Shown in pieces: positions 9,303 through 17,914 of a stretch of DNA of 44,544 nucleotides. The notes under the pieces were generated by a model, which was given only the letters and a program-made list of their open reading frames with translations, was not told where the DNA came from and made no database searches. The translations under genes were made by a program, and so were the position numbers. Position 1 is the stretch's first letter. Every line of letters starts with the position of its first letter. Origin of the DNA: Escherichia phage EC120; the sequence record ON185580.1. The stretch is one strand, 5' to 3'.

Positions 9303-9318
9303 GTCTCACACGTGAGAC
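9303..9318. repeat. Palindrome variant GTCTCACACGTGAGAC (copy 4)
   Basis: 7-bp arms identical to the other copies with a 2-nt central mismatch; extendable to 9299-9322; followed by CTTTCATC. Confidence 0.75.
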
Positions 9319-9349
9319 AGCCTTTCATCATATTGATTGGAGGTGCATT

Positions 9350-9457
9350 ATGCCACGTGATTATGATTCTGATTGGGATTTCCAAGATTCAATGAATCCA
9401 AAACCAGAACGTTCAGATGATTACTACGAAACAGAGGCAATGTATGAAGACTATTAA
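9350..9457 (+). CDS. Small acidic protein (35 aa)
   Basis: GGAGGTG RBS then ATG 9350; MPRDYDSDWDFQDSMNPKPERSDDYYETEAMYEDY. Confidence 0.3.
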   Translation: MPRDYDSDWDFQDSMNPKPERSDDYYETEAMYEDY

Positions 9458-9662
9458 ATTAAGCAAGGTTTGCTCTTGCGGTAAAGGTTATCGCAGTCGT
9501 ATTGATGGTAAGTGTGGGCATTGCAGGTCTAAGAAAGAGGCTGCTTTGTTTGATAAGTACCACAATGAATTAGCATATAACTATCCTCATCTAACACCTA
9601 ATTCTTTATTAGGACTTGGTTATAGGGTTAAATACTTTGGAGCAATCTATGAAATCAATTGA
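9444..9662 (+). CDS. Small Cys-rich (zinc-ribbon-like) protein (72 aa)
   Basis: GAGG RBS then ATG 9444; CSCGKGY...KCGHC (two CxxC pairs); overlaps DNAP start by 14 nt. Confidence 0.5.
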   Translation: MKTIKLSKVCSCGKGYRSRIDGKCGHCRSKKEAALFDKYHNELAYNYPHLTPNSLLGLGYRVKYFGAIYEIN

Positions 9663-12195
9663 TTGGAAGAAGGAGGCAGAAGGTCGTATCCTCGTGATGG
9701 ATGCGGAAGCTAAAGGACTCCTTGACGCTATCCGATATGGACACCGTGAAGATGTGCATATCATTTGCTGCATGGACTTGCTTACTACCGAGGAGTTTCT
9801 CTTCTTTGACCCGTATGAGATGCGTGACCCTGAAGCAAGAGAACGCCTGAAGGAATGGGAAGGTCATCAAGATGGTGACTTGGTTGATGGTGTTAACTTC
9901 CTGAAGCACTGTGAGGCTATTGTGTCGCAGAACTTCCTAGGGTATGACGGACTCCTCTTTGAGAAAGCATTCCCTAATATCTGGAAAGGTTTTAACTATA
10001 CCGAGAAGCGCGGCAAGGGCAGGCTCCGCGCTGACCTGTGTCCTGTGCGAGTTATGGACACGCTGGTGATGAGCCGCCTGTTAAACCCCGATAGACGCCT
10101 CCCTCCGCAAGCATATGCCAAAGGTATGGGTAACGTCGCCCCTCACTCAATTGAGGCGCACGGCATCCGTATAGGCCGCTATAAACCGGAGAACGAGGAC
10201 TGGTCTAAACTAACTGACCACATGGTTCACCGTGTACGTGAGGACGTGGCGATTGGTCGTGACTTGTTCCTCTGGCTCTTTAACGGGGAATGGATGGAGC
10301 ACAAACGCCGTGGCGTGAATAAACGCACTGGCCTAGGTATTGAGACAGCCTTCCACATGGAGTCCATTGTGGCGCTGGAGATGAGCCGTCAGGCCGAGCG
10401 CGGGTTCCGTCTGGACATCGACAAGGCTTTGGCCCGATGCGAAGAATTGGACGCTAAGATTGATGAGACAGTCGCAGCGTTCCGCCCTCACATGCCTATG
10501 CGTATCAAGTCTAAACCTTTTAAACCGGAAGAAAAGAATGAAGTATGCCAACGCGCAAATGAGTATGGAGCTAGCAACAATATACCTACTGTCCTTGACC
10601 CCTCACACTTTCTTCATGCCGAGAGACGAGGAGATCGCAAGACAGTATGGAGTGTCACTACTAAGTCTGGTGATTGGTCGGCTAGTGTCAAGAAAGACTT
10701 TCCTCACCTTAGAGGAAACCGTAATGACACGCCAAGCATCAAGTGGATTGGCGCTTACTCGCCTGTTACTTTCGAAGAGATTCCCTTGGGTAACAGGGAT
10801 ACAGTTAAGCAAGTGCTCTATGAGTATGGATGGAAAGGTGTTGAATTTAACGATACCGAGCAAGCTCATCTCGATGAGCACGGAGTGTTACCCAAACCTT
10901 GGAGTGGTAAGATAAATGAAAAGTCCCTCACTTTATGGCAAGAAAGAGCCGCACGTGAAGGTAAAACAGTCCCTGATTGGTGCTTGGGTATCGCTGCATG
11001 GTACATACTCGTATCCCGTCGTGGTCAGATACTCAACCGTGGTGACGTTGAAGCCTTCAACGAGAAGGGAACGTGGCCCTCGCAGGCTGGTGTACGAAAG
11101 TGTCGCGGCCTTGTACCTGTAGCATTCAACAAGGAGCTAGGAATCAATGCGCAGCAATACTACGAGAGGTACGGATGTTGGCCTACGTCTGACAAAGATG
11201 ACGGAGAGTGGCGTGTTCCAGCTGTTGCTATTAGTATTGGCACTTCTACGTTCCGTATGCGTCATCGTAACGTGGTTAATATTCCTGCCCGTGGCTTGTA
11301 TCCTTTACGTGATTTATTCATAGCAGGGAAAGGCAAGCTAATCCTTGGTTGTGACGGTGCAGGTCTTGAACTGCGTGTCCTGTCTCACTTCATGAATGAC
11401 CCTGAGTACCAAGAGATTGTACTGCACGGTGATATTCATACGCATAACCAGATGAAGGCTGGTCTTCCTAAGCGTGATATGGCGAAGACGTTTATATACG
11501 CCTTCCTCTATGGTTCTGGTATAGCCAACCTTGCAGCAGTATGTGGTGTTACTGAGGAGGAAATGAAGGAAGTTGTGGCAAGATTCGAGATTGAACTGCC
11601 ATCTCTTGCACGTCTTCGTGAGAATGTTATCGCACAAGGTAACAAGTTTGGCTACCTGCAAGCACCTGATGGGCATTGGGGTCGCATCCGCATGTCTGGT
11701 GGTGAACTTAAAGAGCACACGATGCTTAACGTATTACTCCAGATGACTGGCTCTTTGTGTATGAAATATGCATTAGTAAAGGCATTTGCAGTAATGCGCA
11801 AGGAAGGTGTAGCCTTGGATGCTATGGGAAACCCTTGTGGTGTGGCTAACGTCCACGATGAAATCCAGATGGAAGTTCCTGAAGAAGAGGTCTTGTACCT
11901 TAACTATGACCTACCTTTCACCTTAGAAGGGTTTGAAACAGAGAAGGCTGCTGTGAAAGCAGTTTTCGATGCAGAAGAGAAACGTGTTCATGTGGATTCT
12001 GAAGGACGTATGTGGTCTGCTGCAAACCTCGTTAGTATTGATGCTGATGCTGGTGTACTTCATTGTCAGCGCCGTTATCACCGTGCTGGGCATATCATTG
12101 CCGACGCCATGACTTGGGCTGGTCAGTATCTGAAGATGCGTTGCCCGATGGCAGGAGAATATAAGATTGGCGCAAGCTGGAAGGAAACACACTGA
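9649..12195 (+). CDS. DNA polymerase (family A, T7 gp5-like)
   Basis: Exo I motif VMDAEAKGL, Pol A motif DGAGLELR, motif B KTFIYAFLYGSG, motif C VHDEIQ. ATG 9649 chosen (track start 9616). Confidence 0.95.
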   Translation: MKSIDWKKEAEGRILVMDAEAKGLLDAIRYGHREDVHIICCMDLLTTEEFLFFDPYEMRDPEARERLKEWEGHQDGDLVDGVNFLKHCEAIVSQNFLGYDGLLFEKAFPNIWKGFNYTEKRGKGRLRADLCPVRVMDTLVMSRLLNPDRRLPPQAYAKGMGNVAPHSIEAHGIRIGRYKPENEDWSKLTDHMVHRVREDVAIGRDLFLWLFNGEWMEHKRRGVNKRTGLGIETAFHMESIVALEMSRQAERGFRLDIDKALARCEELDAKIDETVAAFRPHMPMRIKSKPFKPEEKNEVCQRANEYGASNNIPTVLDPSHFLHAERRGDRKTVWSVTTKSGDWSASVKKDFPHLRGNRNDTPSIKWIGAYSPVTFEEIPLGNRDTVKQVLYEYGWKGVEFNDTEQAHLDEHGVLPKPWSGKINEKSLTLWQERAAREGKTVPDWCLGIAAWYILVSRRGQILNRGDVEAFNEKGTWPSQAGVRKCRGLVPVAFNKELGINAQQYYERYGCWPTSDKDDGEWRVPAVAISIGTSTFRMRHRNVVNIPARGLYPLRDLFIAGKGKLILGCDGAGLELRVLSHFMNDPEYQEIVLHGDIHTHNQMKAGLPKRDMAKTFIYAFLYGSGIANLAAVCGVTEEEMKEVVARFEIELPSLARLRENVIAQGNKFGYLQAPDGHWGRIRMSGGELKEHTMLNVLLQMTGSLCMKYALVKAFAVMRKEGVALDAMGNPCGVANVHDEIQMEVPEEEVLYLNYDLPFTLEGFETEKAAVKAVFDAEEKRVHVDSEGRMWSAANLVSIDADAGVLHCQRRYHRAGHIIADAMTWAGQYLKMRCPMAGEYKIGASWKETH

Positions 12196-12311
12196 TGGAT
12201 AGGCTTGACATTATTTGCCTATTCTTCACTCTCTTTCTTACACTCCTTATGCTTGCTTGTTATGGGAGTATGAGACTAGATATACCTGATGAAGAAGAGG
12301 GTTACGACTAA
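12195..12311 (+). CDS. Small hydrophobic protein (38 aa)
   Basis: ATG overlaps DNAP stop (TGATG); predicted TM LDIICLFFTLFLTLLMLACYG. Confidence 0.3.
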   Translation: MDRLDIICLFFTLFLTLLMLACYGSMRLDIPDEEEGYD

Positions 12312-12409
12312 TGCAAACTGCTTTTATTATTCTTGGTATCATATTATTTATGGTAGTACTCTGGGCCTTCTCTGGCATTGACCCGGATTGTGATGGTAAC
12401 TACGACTGA
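12311..12409 (+). CDS. Small hydrophobic protein (32 aa)
   Basis: TAATG overlap with the previous ORF; predicted TM FIILGIILFMVVLWAF. Confidence 0.3.
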   Translation: MQTAFIILGIILFMVVLWAFSGIDPDCDGNYD

Positions 12410-12476
12410 GTTATACTCAAGGTCACTTACGAGTGGCCTTTATGGATAACTTATCCCTACTTATTTTGTCTAACAT

Positions 12477-12499
12477 GATTTACTGGACACTATAGAAGG
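12477..12499 (+). promoter_or_regulatory. Phage-RNAP promoter (consensus copy)
   Basis: ATTTACTGGACACTATAGAAGGA; expected +1 G at 12494. Confidence 0.75.
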
Positions 12500-12564
12500 A
12501 AAGCCTAGACAATCTAGGTTTATAAGGTAGTATAGGTAATTAAGTAAATATAGGAGATATAAAC

Positions 12565-12942
12565 ATGTCTATGGTAACTACTCTGGTATTTGTAGCTCAA
12601 TACTTTCGTGGTCTGGCTAATAAGTTCAAGTCCAAGGCTATCAAAGCTATTGAGTCTCGCATCGAGGCAGTACAGGCAGAGCAGGTTAAAGTTGAAGAAC
12701 ATCGTAGTTCTCAAATGATTGACTGCCATAACCGCTACTATGCATCTCGTGATGACCTTAATGCACGCCAAGTCAAAGAGGTTGAAGAGATGCTGGCACG
12801 TCACCAGCAAGAGCGCGACAGTCTGAAAGCTGAATTTGAAGAGAACAAGGCATCCATCGCCCTTGTACATCAAGCCGCATCTGACAGCCTGAAGAAAGAG
12901 ATTGTTATGCTGGAAATTGAGTTAGACAACCTGACCAAATAA
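12565..12942 (+). CDS. Hypothetical coiled-coil protein (125 aa)
   Basis: AGGAGA RBS; heptad-rich charged sequence. Confidence 0.65.
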   Translation: MSMVTTLVFVAQYFRGLANKFKSKAIKAIESRIEAVQAEQVKVEEHRSSQMIDCHNRYYASRDDLNARQVKEVEEMLARHQQERDSLKAEFEENKASIALVHQAASDSLKKEIVMLEIELDNLTK

Positions 12943-12963
12943 TTACTGGACACTATAGAACAA
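12941..12963 (+). promoter_or_regulatory. Phage-RNAP promoter
   Basis: AATTACTGGACACTATAGAACAA; overlaps the stop codon of the upstream ORF; expected +1 G at 12958. Confidence 0.7.
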
Positions 12964-13104
12964 TAGGTCGGCTTAGTTCGGCCTATGATTGTAAAGTGTT
13001 GAACCTTATTGTGCATCTTGCACAACCCGATGCTATATCGGGCTTTCTAGTGAGTACATGCTTGTGCTCAGTACAAAGCTAACTGACAATAGGAGACTAA
13101 ATAA

Positions 13105-13911
13105 ATGGCACGTGGTGATTTTGATTTTGGTGCTCAGGTTACTAAGGCTGAAGGTAAAGTATTTAAGAACCCTGAAGTTGGTGATCATGAAGCAGTAATC
13201 TCTGGCATCATTCATGTTGGTTCCTTCCAAGATATTTTTAAGAAAGGTAATACCACTGAGGTTAAGAAGCCAGCAAACTTTGTTCTTGTTAAGATTATCC
13301 TGATGGGTGACGACGACAAGAATGAAGATGATTCTCGCATGGAACAGTGGATGGCTGTGCCTCTGAAGTCTGGTGACAAGGCAACCTTGACTAAGTTCCT
13401 GAATGCAGTTGACCCTAAAGAGCTGCTTGGTGGTTTCGATGACTTCATCGGTGAATGCCTGACTGCAACTATGGTTGGCTCTGGCGACAAGAATGATGAT
13501 GGTACTTTCAAGTATGTTAACTGGAAAGGCTTTGGCGGTATGCCTGATAAGTTGAAGAAGCTTGTACTGGCTCAGGTAGAAGAGGAAGGTCTGTCTATGA
13601 CAGGTCATATCACCTTCGACAAGCTGACCAAAGAAATCCTTGATGACATCCCAGCTAACTTGGTGCGTCAATACTTCCTTAATGAAACACCTCGTGGTAA
13701 GAACCTGTCTGTTGCTGGTTCTCACGTAGAAGCAATCATTAAAGCTGCTCGTGAAGAAGACCCAGAGTGGAAGAAAGCCAAGAAGAAAGATGACGAGGAT
13801 GCTACTCCAGCTAATCGTAAATCTCTGGATACTGGTGAGTCTGTTCCACAGGAAGTACCTGAAGCAGAAGATACTCCTGCACCGGAGATGGATGAGGACG
13901 CGGAATATTAA
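13105..13911 (+). CDS. Acidic-tailed protein (268 aa); candidate ssDNA-binding protein
   Basis: AGGAGA RBS; C-terminus ...PEAEDTPAPEMDEDAEY (acidic tail ending in an aromatic residue, as in T7 gp2.5). No direct sequence similarity to T7 gp2.5 recognised, so the function is inferred. Confidence 0.7.
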   Translation: MARGDFDFGAQVTKAEGKVFKNPEVGDHEAVISGIIHVGSFQDIFKKGNTTEVKKPANFVLVKIILMGDDDKNEDDSRMEQWMAVPLKSGDKATLTKFLNAVDPKELLGGFDDFIGECLTATMVGSGDKNDDGTFKYVNWKGFGGMPDKLKKLVLAQVEEEGLSMTGHITFDKLTKEILDDIPANLVRQYFLNETPRGKNLSVAGSHVEAIIKAAREEDPEWKKAKKKDDEDATPANRKSLDTGESVPQEVPEAEDTPAPEMDEDAEY

Positions 13912-13920
13912 GGAGAAAGG

Positions 13921-14139
13921 ATGAAAGTACAAATCGTAACCCTGCACTGCAAGAAAGGTATCACAACGCTCGTAGGTAGCACTTTCCACTCTTTCTCCGA
14001 AGGGGAGATTTATGCTGACCTGCACTACATCTGGCGCGATGGACAGCACGTGGTGAACTACAGCGACCCAGCTACGGGGAAACGCCACGGCGTATCGCTT
14101 CCTGCGCATGACATTGCTCAGGTGAACACAGTTTTATAA
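13921..14139 (+). CDS. Hypothetical protein (72 aa)
   Basis: AAGGAGAAAGG RBS then ATG. Confidence 0.55.
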   Translation: MKVQIVTLHCKKGITTLVGSTFHSFSEGEIYADLHYIWRDGQHVVNYSDPATGKRHGVSLPAHDIAQVNTVL

Positions 14140-14140
14140 A

Positions 14141-14156
14141 GTCTCACATGTGAGAC
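14141..14156. repeat. Palindrome GTCTCACATGTGAGAC (copy 5)
   Basis: Perfect 16-bp palindrome starting 2 nt after the stop of ORF 13921-14139; 15 nt upstream of promoter 14172. Confidence 0.8.
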
Positions 14157-14171
14157 AAATCGGTGTCCGGT

Positions 14172-14194
14172 ATTTACTGGACACTATAGAAGAG
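14172..14194 (+). promoter_or_regulatory. Phage-RNAP promoter (consensus copy)
   Basis: ATTTACTGGACACTATAGAAGAG; expected +1 G at 14189. Confidence 0.75.
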
Positions 14195-14243
14195 AAGAAT
14201 TTTAATCGGCGATAATGCCACAACTAACAAAGGAGAATTTAAT

Positions 14244-14618
14244 ATGTTCAAGATTGAAACTATCGTAAACCGTGTTGTTAAAGGTGCTGCTCTGGTATCC
14301 GTTGAGTCTTTCATTATCGTCGATGAAGCTGATCAACTGGTAGCTGGTACTAAGGCTTATGATACTCGTGAAGAAGCTCAGGCTAAGATTGACAGCATGG
14401 GTAACTTCGCTGCGGGTCTGGAGTTCGCTCGTGCTTGCTTCCCTGAGCAGGCTGACAAAGCTCAGATTGGTAAGGCTAATATCGTAGCTGAATATCTGGA
14501 TTGGATTGCTGCTGGTAAGCCGGTGAAAGAAGTTAAAGCTGCGGAAGAAGTTGAAGCTCCGGCAGTAGAAGAAGTAGCTGCACCGGAAGTTCCGGTAAGC
14601 GAAGAAGAAGAGTTTTAA
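14244..14618 (+). CDS. Small acidic protein (124 aa) with C-terminal EEEEF tail
   Basis: Own promoter, strong RBS (AAAGGAGAA) and a terminator hairpin directly downstream; codon usage looks highly expressed. Confidence 0.7.
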   Translation: MFKIETIVNRVVKGAALVSVESFIIVDEADQLVAGTKAYDTREEAQAKIDSMGNFAAGLEFARACFPEQADKAQIGKANIVAEYLDWIAAGKPVKEVKAAEEVEAPAVEEVAAPEVPVSEEEEF

Positions 14619-14624
14619 TTGATG

Positions 14625-14657
14625 CCCTGTCTGCCTTAGTGTAGGCAGGGTCTTTTG
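14625..14657 (+). terminator. Hairpin terminator after ORF 14244-14618
   Basis: 10-bp stem CCCTGTCTGC/GTAGGCAGGG (two G-U pairs), loop CTTAGT, then TCTTTTG; same architecture as the post-capsid terminator. Confidence 0.5.
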
Positions 14658-14682
14658 CGTAATAGTTATTGGAGAATGAATT

Positions 14683-14973
14683 ATGCCGACTATTGAAGAA
14701 CGTTTCCTGATTCACGTGAGCTTCTCATCCATACATCTTGGTTATCTTATCACTATCCTCTTAGGTGAAGAGATTTATCTGCATAACCACTTAATACCAG
14801 AGTATGTATGTCACCGAGATAAGATACACCCTGCTAATTGGGCGAAAGAGTGGCTGCGTGAACATGTGCTGAAGGAGTGGCCTACATGCGACCAAACTTC
14901 GACTTCGGAGCTACAGTATCGGAAGACAATAACCTGTTGCTGTGGCCGACTGAAGGTAATCGAATCGCTTTAA
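14683..14973 (+). CDS. Hypothetical protein (96 aa); overlaps exonuclease start by 88 nt
   Basis: GGAGA RBS then ATG 14683; the long overlap lowers confidence. Confidence 0.35.
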   Translation: MPTIEERFLIHVSFSSIHLGYLITILLGEEIYLHNHLIPEYVCHRDKIHPANWAKEWLREHVLKEWPTCDQTSTSELQYRKTITCCCGRLKVIESL

Positions 14974-15914
14974 TAGATGCTGATATGTTACCTTACATCG
15001 TCGGGTATACAATCAGTGACATGACTTATGTACGAGCTACAACTCGTGTTAAGTCAGGACAAGTCCCATCAATCAAAGATACCCCTGAGTGTAAGCAAGC
15101 GTGTGACCGTGTGAACTCCTTGCTTAACTCTTGGGTGTATGCAGCAGAGTGTGATGCTGCTAAGTTATTCATGACGAAATCAGAAGCTAACTTCCGAGTT
15201 CGCCTAGCCTTCACCAAACCTTATAAGGGTCAACGTAAGACCGAGAAGCCTCCGTTCTTCTATGAATTGCGAGAGCATCTCTTAGAGGTTCATGGTGCAA
15301 TATTGGCAGATGGAGAAGAGGCTGATGACCTCATGAGCATTGCACAATGGGACAGCCACCGCCGCTTCCAGCAAGATACAGGTAACGAGTTCCCTATCGG
15401 TAGTCCAGAGCATAAAGCATTCTCTGATACTTGCATCGTTTCCTTAGATAAGGATTTGATGATTGTTCCCGGTTGGCATCTTCAGCCGGGTCAAGAGAAG
15501 AAATGGGTAGAGCCTATGGGTTGGCTTGAGTTACGCCGTAAGGCTAATGGTCAGGTTAAAGACCTTAAAGGTGCTGGCCTCATGTTTCATTATGCACAGA
15601 TGATTATCGGTGATGATATTGATAACTATGCTGGCATACCTGGACGTGGTGCTAAATACGCCTATGATCTTCTCAAAGATTGTAAGACAGAGAAAGAGTT
15701 GTACATGGCAGTGCTTGGTGCTTACAAGGCTAAGTTCGGACATGGACAAGTTAAGATTAAGAATTACCGAGGTGGTTATCGTATCGGCAAGGCTTTTGAC
15801 CTGATGCTCGAATGTGGTCGCCTAGCTCACATGGCAAGATTCAAAGGTGATATATGGCGAGCCGATAAGAACCCAATCTTGTGGGGGGATGATGCAGAAT
15901 GGTTAGCAAATTAA
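14886..15914 (+). CDS. 5'-3' exonuclease (T7 gp6-like, FEN/PIN fold)
   Basis: IALIDADMLPYIVGY and LDKDLMIVPG motifs parallel recalled T7 gp6 (ILVMDGDWL..., CDKDFKTIP); GAAGGAG RBS; ATG 14886 (track start 14877 is GTG). Confidence 0.8.
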   Translation: MRPNFDFGATVSEDNNLLLWPTEGNRIALIDADMLPYIVGYTISDMTYVRATTRVKSGQVPSIKDTPECKQACDRVNSLLNSWVYAAECDAAKLFMTKSEANFRVRLAFTKPYKGQRKTEKPPFFYELREHLLEVHGAILADGEEADDLMSIAQWDSHRRFQQDTGNEFPIGSPEHKAFSDTCIVSLDKDLMIVPGWHLQPGQEKKWVEPMGWLELRRKANGQVKDLKGAGLMFHYAQMIIGDDIDNYAGIPGRGAKYAYDLLKDCKTEKELYMAVLGAYKAKFGHGQVKIKNYRGGYRIGKAFDLMLECGRLAHMARFKGDIWRADKNPILWGDDAEWLAN

Positions 15915-16309
15915 AATCATCGGAGGTAGCAGCTTATAAGAGGGAACTGCTAGAGAAGCAAGGATGGAAGTGCCCCCTATGTGGCGGCAGTCTCAAGGCT
16001 GTTACTCCTATAAACCGTGTACTTGACCATGACCATGAGACAGGATTCTGCCGTGCTGTTGTATGCCGAGGCTGCAATGGTGCAGAAGGAAAGATTAAGG
16101 GTGTTATCTCTGGTTATGGTAAGGCTGGTAACAACCGTTACTTCCAGCTTCAATGGTTAGAGCGACTATATGAATACTGGAAGTTACATAGTACGCCTCA
16201 GACAGATAAGTTATATCACAAACATCAAACGGAGGCAGAGAAGCGCGAGGTTAAGAACCGTAAGGCACGCCTTGCTTATGCAAGAAAGAAGGAGGTTAAA
16301 GTTGGGTAA
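15899..16309 (+). CDS. Endonuclease VII-type Holliday-junction resolvase
   Basis: CPLCGG...DHDHETGFCRAVVCRGCN matches the T4 endonuclease VII zinc/HNH-like signature. Confidence 0.8.
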   Translation: MVSKLKSSEVAAYKRELLEKQGWKCPLCGGSLKAVTPINRVLDHDHETGFCRAVVCRGCNGAEGKIKGVISGYGKAGNNRYFQLQWLERLYEYWKLHSTPQTDKLYHKHQTEAEKREVKNRKARLAYARKKEVKVG

Positions 16310-17309
16310 GCTTCGCAGCTTGTACAAAGACTCCGAGGTACTTGATGCAATCGAGCAAGCTACCGACGAGAAAGGTAATGTTAATTACAATGAGATGGCA
16401 CGTGTATTATCGTGTCACCCTGTGGGTAAGAAGATTACCCGCCAGTTGGCTCGATACTGGCATGGTCAATTCAAGAAGACCAAGAAGAATGGTGATTATT
16501 ACCAGACCCTTCTGCAAGAAGATAAGCGTATCAAAGAAGAGCGTAAGCTCAGGACTCCTGACCGCTACGAGGATTTGGCTATTGTACCATTGCCTGACTC
16601 GCCTCATCGAAGTGTATTGGTAATCCCTGATACTCATGCACCTTATGAGCATCCAGATACCTTAGAGTTCCTTGCAGCAGTCGCGGCACGTTACCGTCCA
16701 GATACAGTGGTTCACTTAGGAGATGAGGCAGATAAACACGCCCTCTCCTTCCATGACTCTGACCCGAATCTGGATAGTGCTGGCATGGAGCTAGAGAAGG
16801 CTCGTGTCTTCATGCACAAGTTGCACAAGATGTTCCCTGTGATGCGCCTGTGTCATTCTAATCACGGCTCTATGCACTTCCGTAAGGCAAGCGCCAAGGG
16901 TATTCCAGTGCAATATCTTCGCACCTACCGTGAAGTCTTCTTCCCAAATGGAGGTGGCGACCAGTGGGATTGGCAGCATACACATGTTCTTGAGTTGCCG
17001 AATGGCGAACAGGTGGCATTCAAGCATCAACCTGCTGGCTCTGTCCTAGCAGATGCAGCGCATGAGCGTATGAACCTTGTGTGTGGTCACTTGCACGGTA
17101 AGATGTCTGTGGAGTACGCACGTAATACACATGAACAGTATTGGGCTGTGCAAGGTGGCTGCTTAATTGATGAGTCATCCCGTGCATTTGCCTATGGGCG
17201 TGAGTCTAAATACAAGCCAGCATTAGGTTGTGTGGTTATTCTGGAGGGTGTACCTCATATTGTCCCGATGCAAACCAATAGCGACAACCGTTGGATTGGC
17301 AAGATTTAG
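16302..17309 (+). CDS. Calcineurin-like metallophosphoesterase (335 aa from TTG; alternative ATG at 16393)
   Basis: Motifs IPDTHAPYEH (DxH), HLGDEADKH (GDxxD), CHSNHG (GNH-like), CGHLHG (GHxH). Strong AAGGAGG RBS 6 nt before TTG 16302. Confidence 0.75.
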   Translation: MGKLRSLYKDSEVLDAIEQATDEKGNVNYNEMARVLSCHPVGKKITRQLARYWHGQFKKTKKNGDYYQTLLQEDKRIKEERKLRTPDRYEDLAIVPLPDSPHRSVLVIPDTHAPYEHPDTLEFLAAVAARYRPDTVVHLGDEADKHALSFHDSDPNLDSAGMELEKARVFMHKLHKMFPVMRLCHSNHGSMHFRKASAKGIPVQYLRTYREVFFPNGGGDQWDWQHTHVLELPNGEQVAFKHQPAGSVLADAAHERMNLVCGHLHGKMSVEYARNTHEQYWAVQGGCLIDESSRAFAYGRESKYKPALGCVVILEGVPHIVPMQTNSDNRWIGKI

Positions 17310-17326
17310 TTGACACTATAGAACAA
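17304..17326 (+). promoter_or_regulatory. Phage-RNAP promoter (ATTTAGTTGACACTATAGAACAA)
   Basis: Overlaps the TAG stop of the phosphoesterase gene; expected +1 G at 17321. Confidence 0.7.
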
Positions 17327-17409
17327 AGGGCTAGGTAAGACTTTATCGGCTGGCGTATCCAAATGATATTGCACTAGCCCTTGATTGTATAGTGAATGGA
17401 GGATTCAAT

Positions 17410-17913
17410 ATGTCACACTATGAATGTAAGAAGTGTCATAAGCGTTATGATTACTGTACTTGTGGTCAAGAGAAAACATCTTTTAAAGTTGGAGACAAGG
17501 TATTTCGTAATGAAAAAGATTCTATTCCTTGGAATCAATTCTGCAAAGAAGCTGGTATTGACCCTGATAGCCCTGTAACCATAGATGATATTGATGGCAT
17601 TAACTTGTGCTTTCGTGAGGTGAGGGGTATAGGTTGGGATTCCAAAAAATTCAAACTTGCATCTGATAAGTTAGACAACAATATGGTAACTCAGCCTAAG
17701 CACTACGAGTTCTTTGATGGTGTAGAGGCAATCACTATCATTGCCCGCAGTATGACTGAAAAGCAATTCGCGGGGTACTGCATGGGTAATGCCCTTAAGT
17801 ATCGCCTGCGTGCAGGTAAGAAGTTCAATACTGAAGAAGACTTGAAGAAGGCAGATTATTATAAAGAGTTATTCCAGAAGCATCGTCACGAATGTATTGA
17901 TGAGGATATTTAA
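17410..17913 (+). CDS. Hypothetical protein with N-terminal Cys cluster (167 aa)
   Basis: GGAGGA RBS then ATG 17410; N-terminus CKKCHKRYDYCTCG; C-terminal GNALKYRLRAGKK motif of unknown function. Confidence 0.65.
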   Translation: MSHYECKKCHKRYDYCTCGQEKTSFKVGDKVFRNEKDSIPWNQFCKEAGIDPDSPVTIDDIDGINLCFREVRGIGWDSKKFKLASDKLDNNMVTQPKHYEFFDGVEAITIIARSMTEKQFAGYCMGNALKYRLRAGKKFNTEEDLKKADYYKELFQKHRHECIDEDI

Positions 17914-17914
17914 T

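Noticed and set aside
13033-14109. 358-aa ORF on the minus strand
   Set aside because: Entirely antisense to well-supported + strand genes (13105-13911, 13921-14139); no RBS; low-complexity translation; every supported gene in the genome is on the + strand.
16170-17309. Longer 379-aa version of the metallophosphoesterase ORF from the track
   Set aside because: The upstream extension lies inside the endonuclease VII gene in another frame and lacks an RBS; TTG 16302 with an AAGGAGG RBS (or ATG 16393) is a more credible start.
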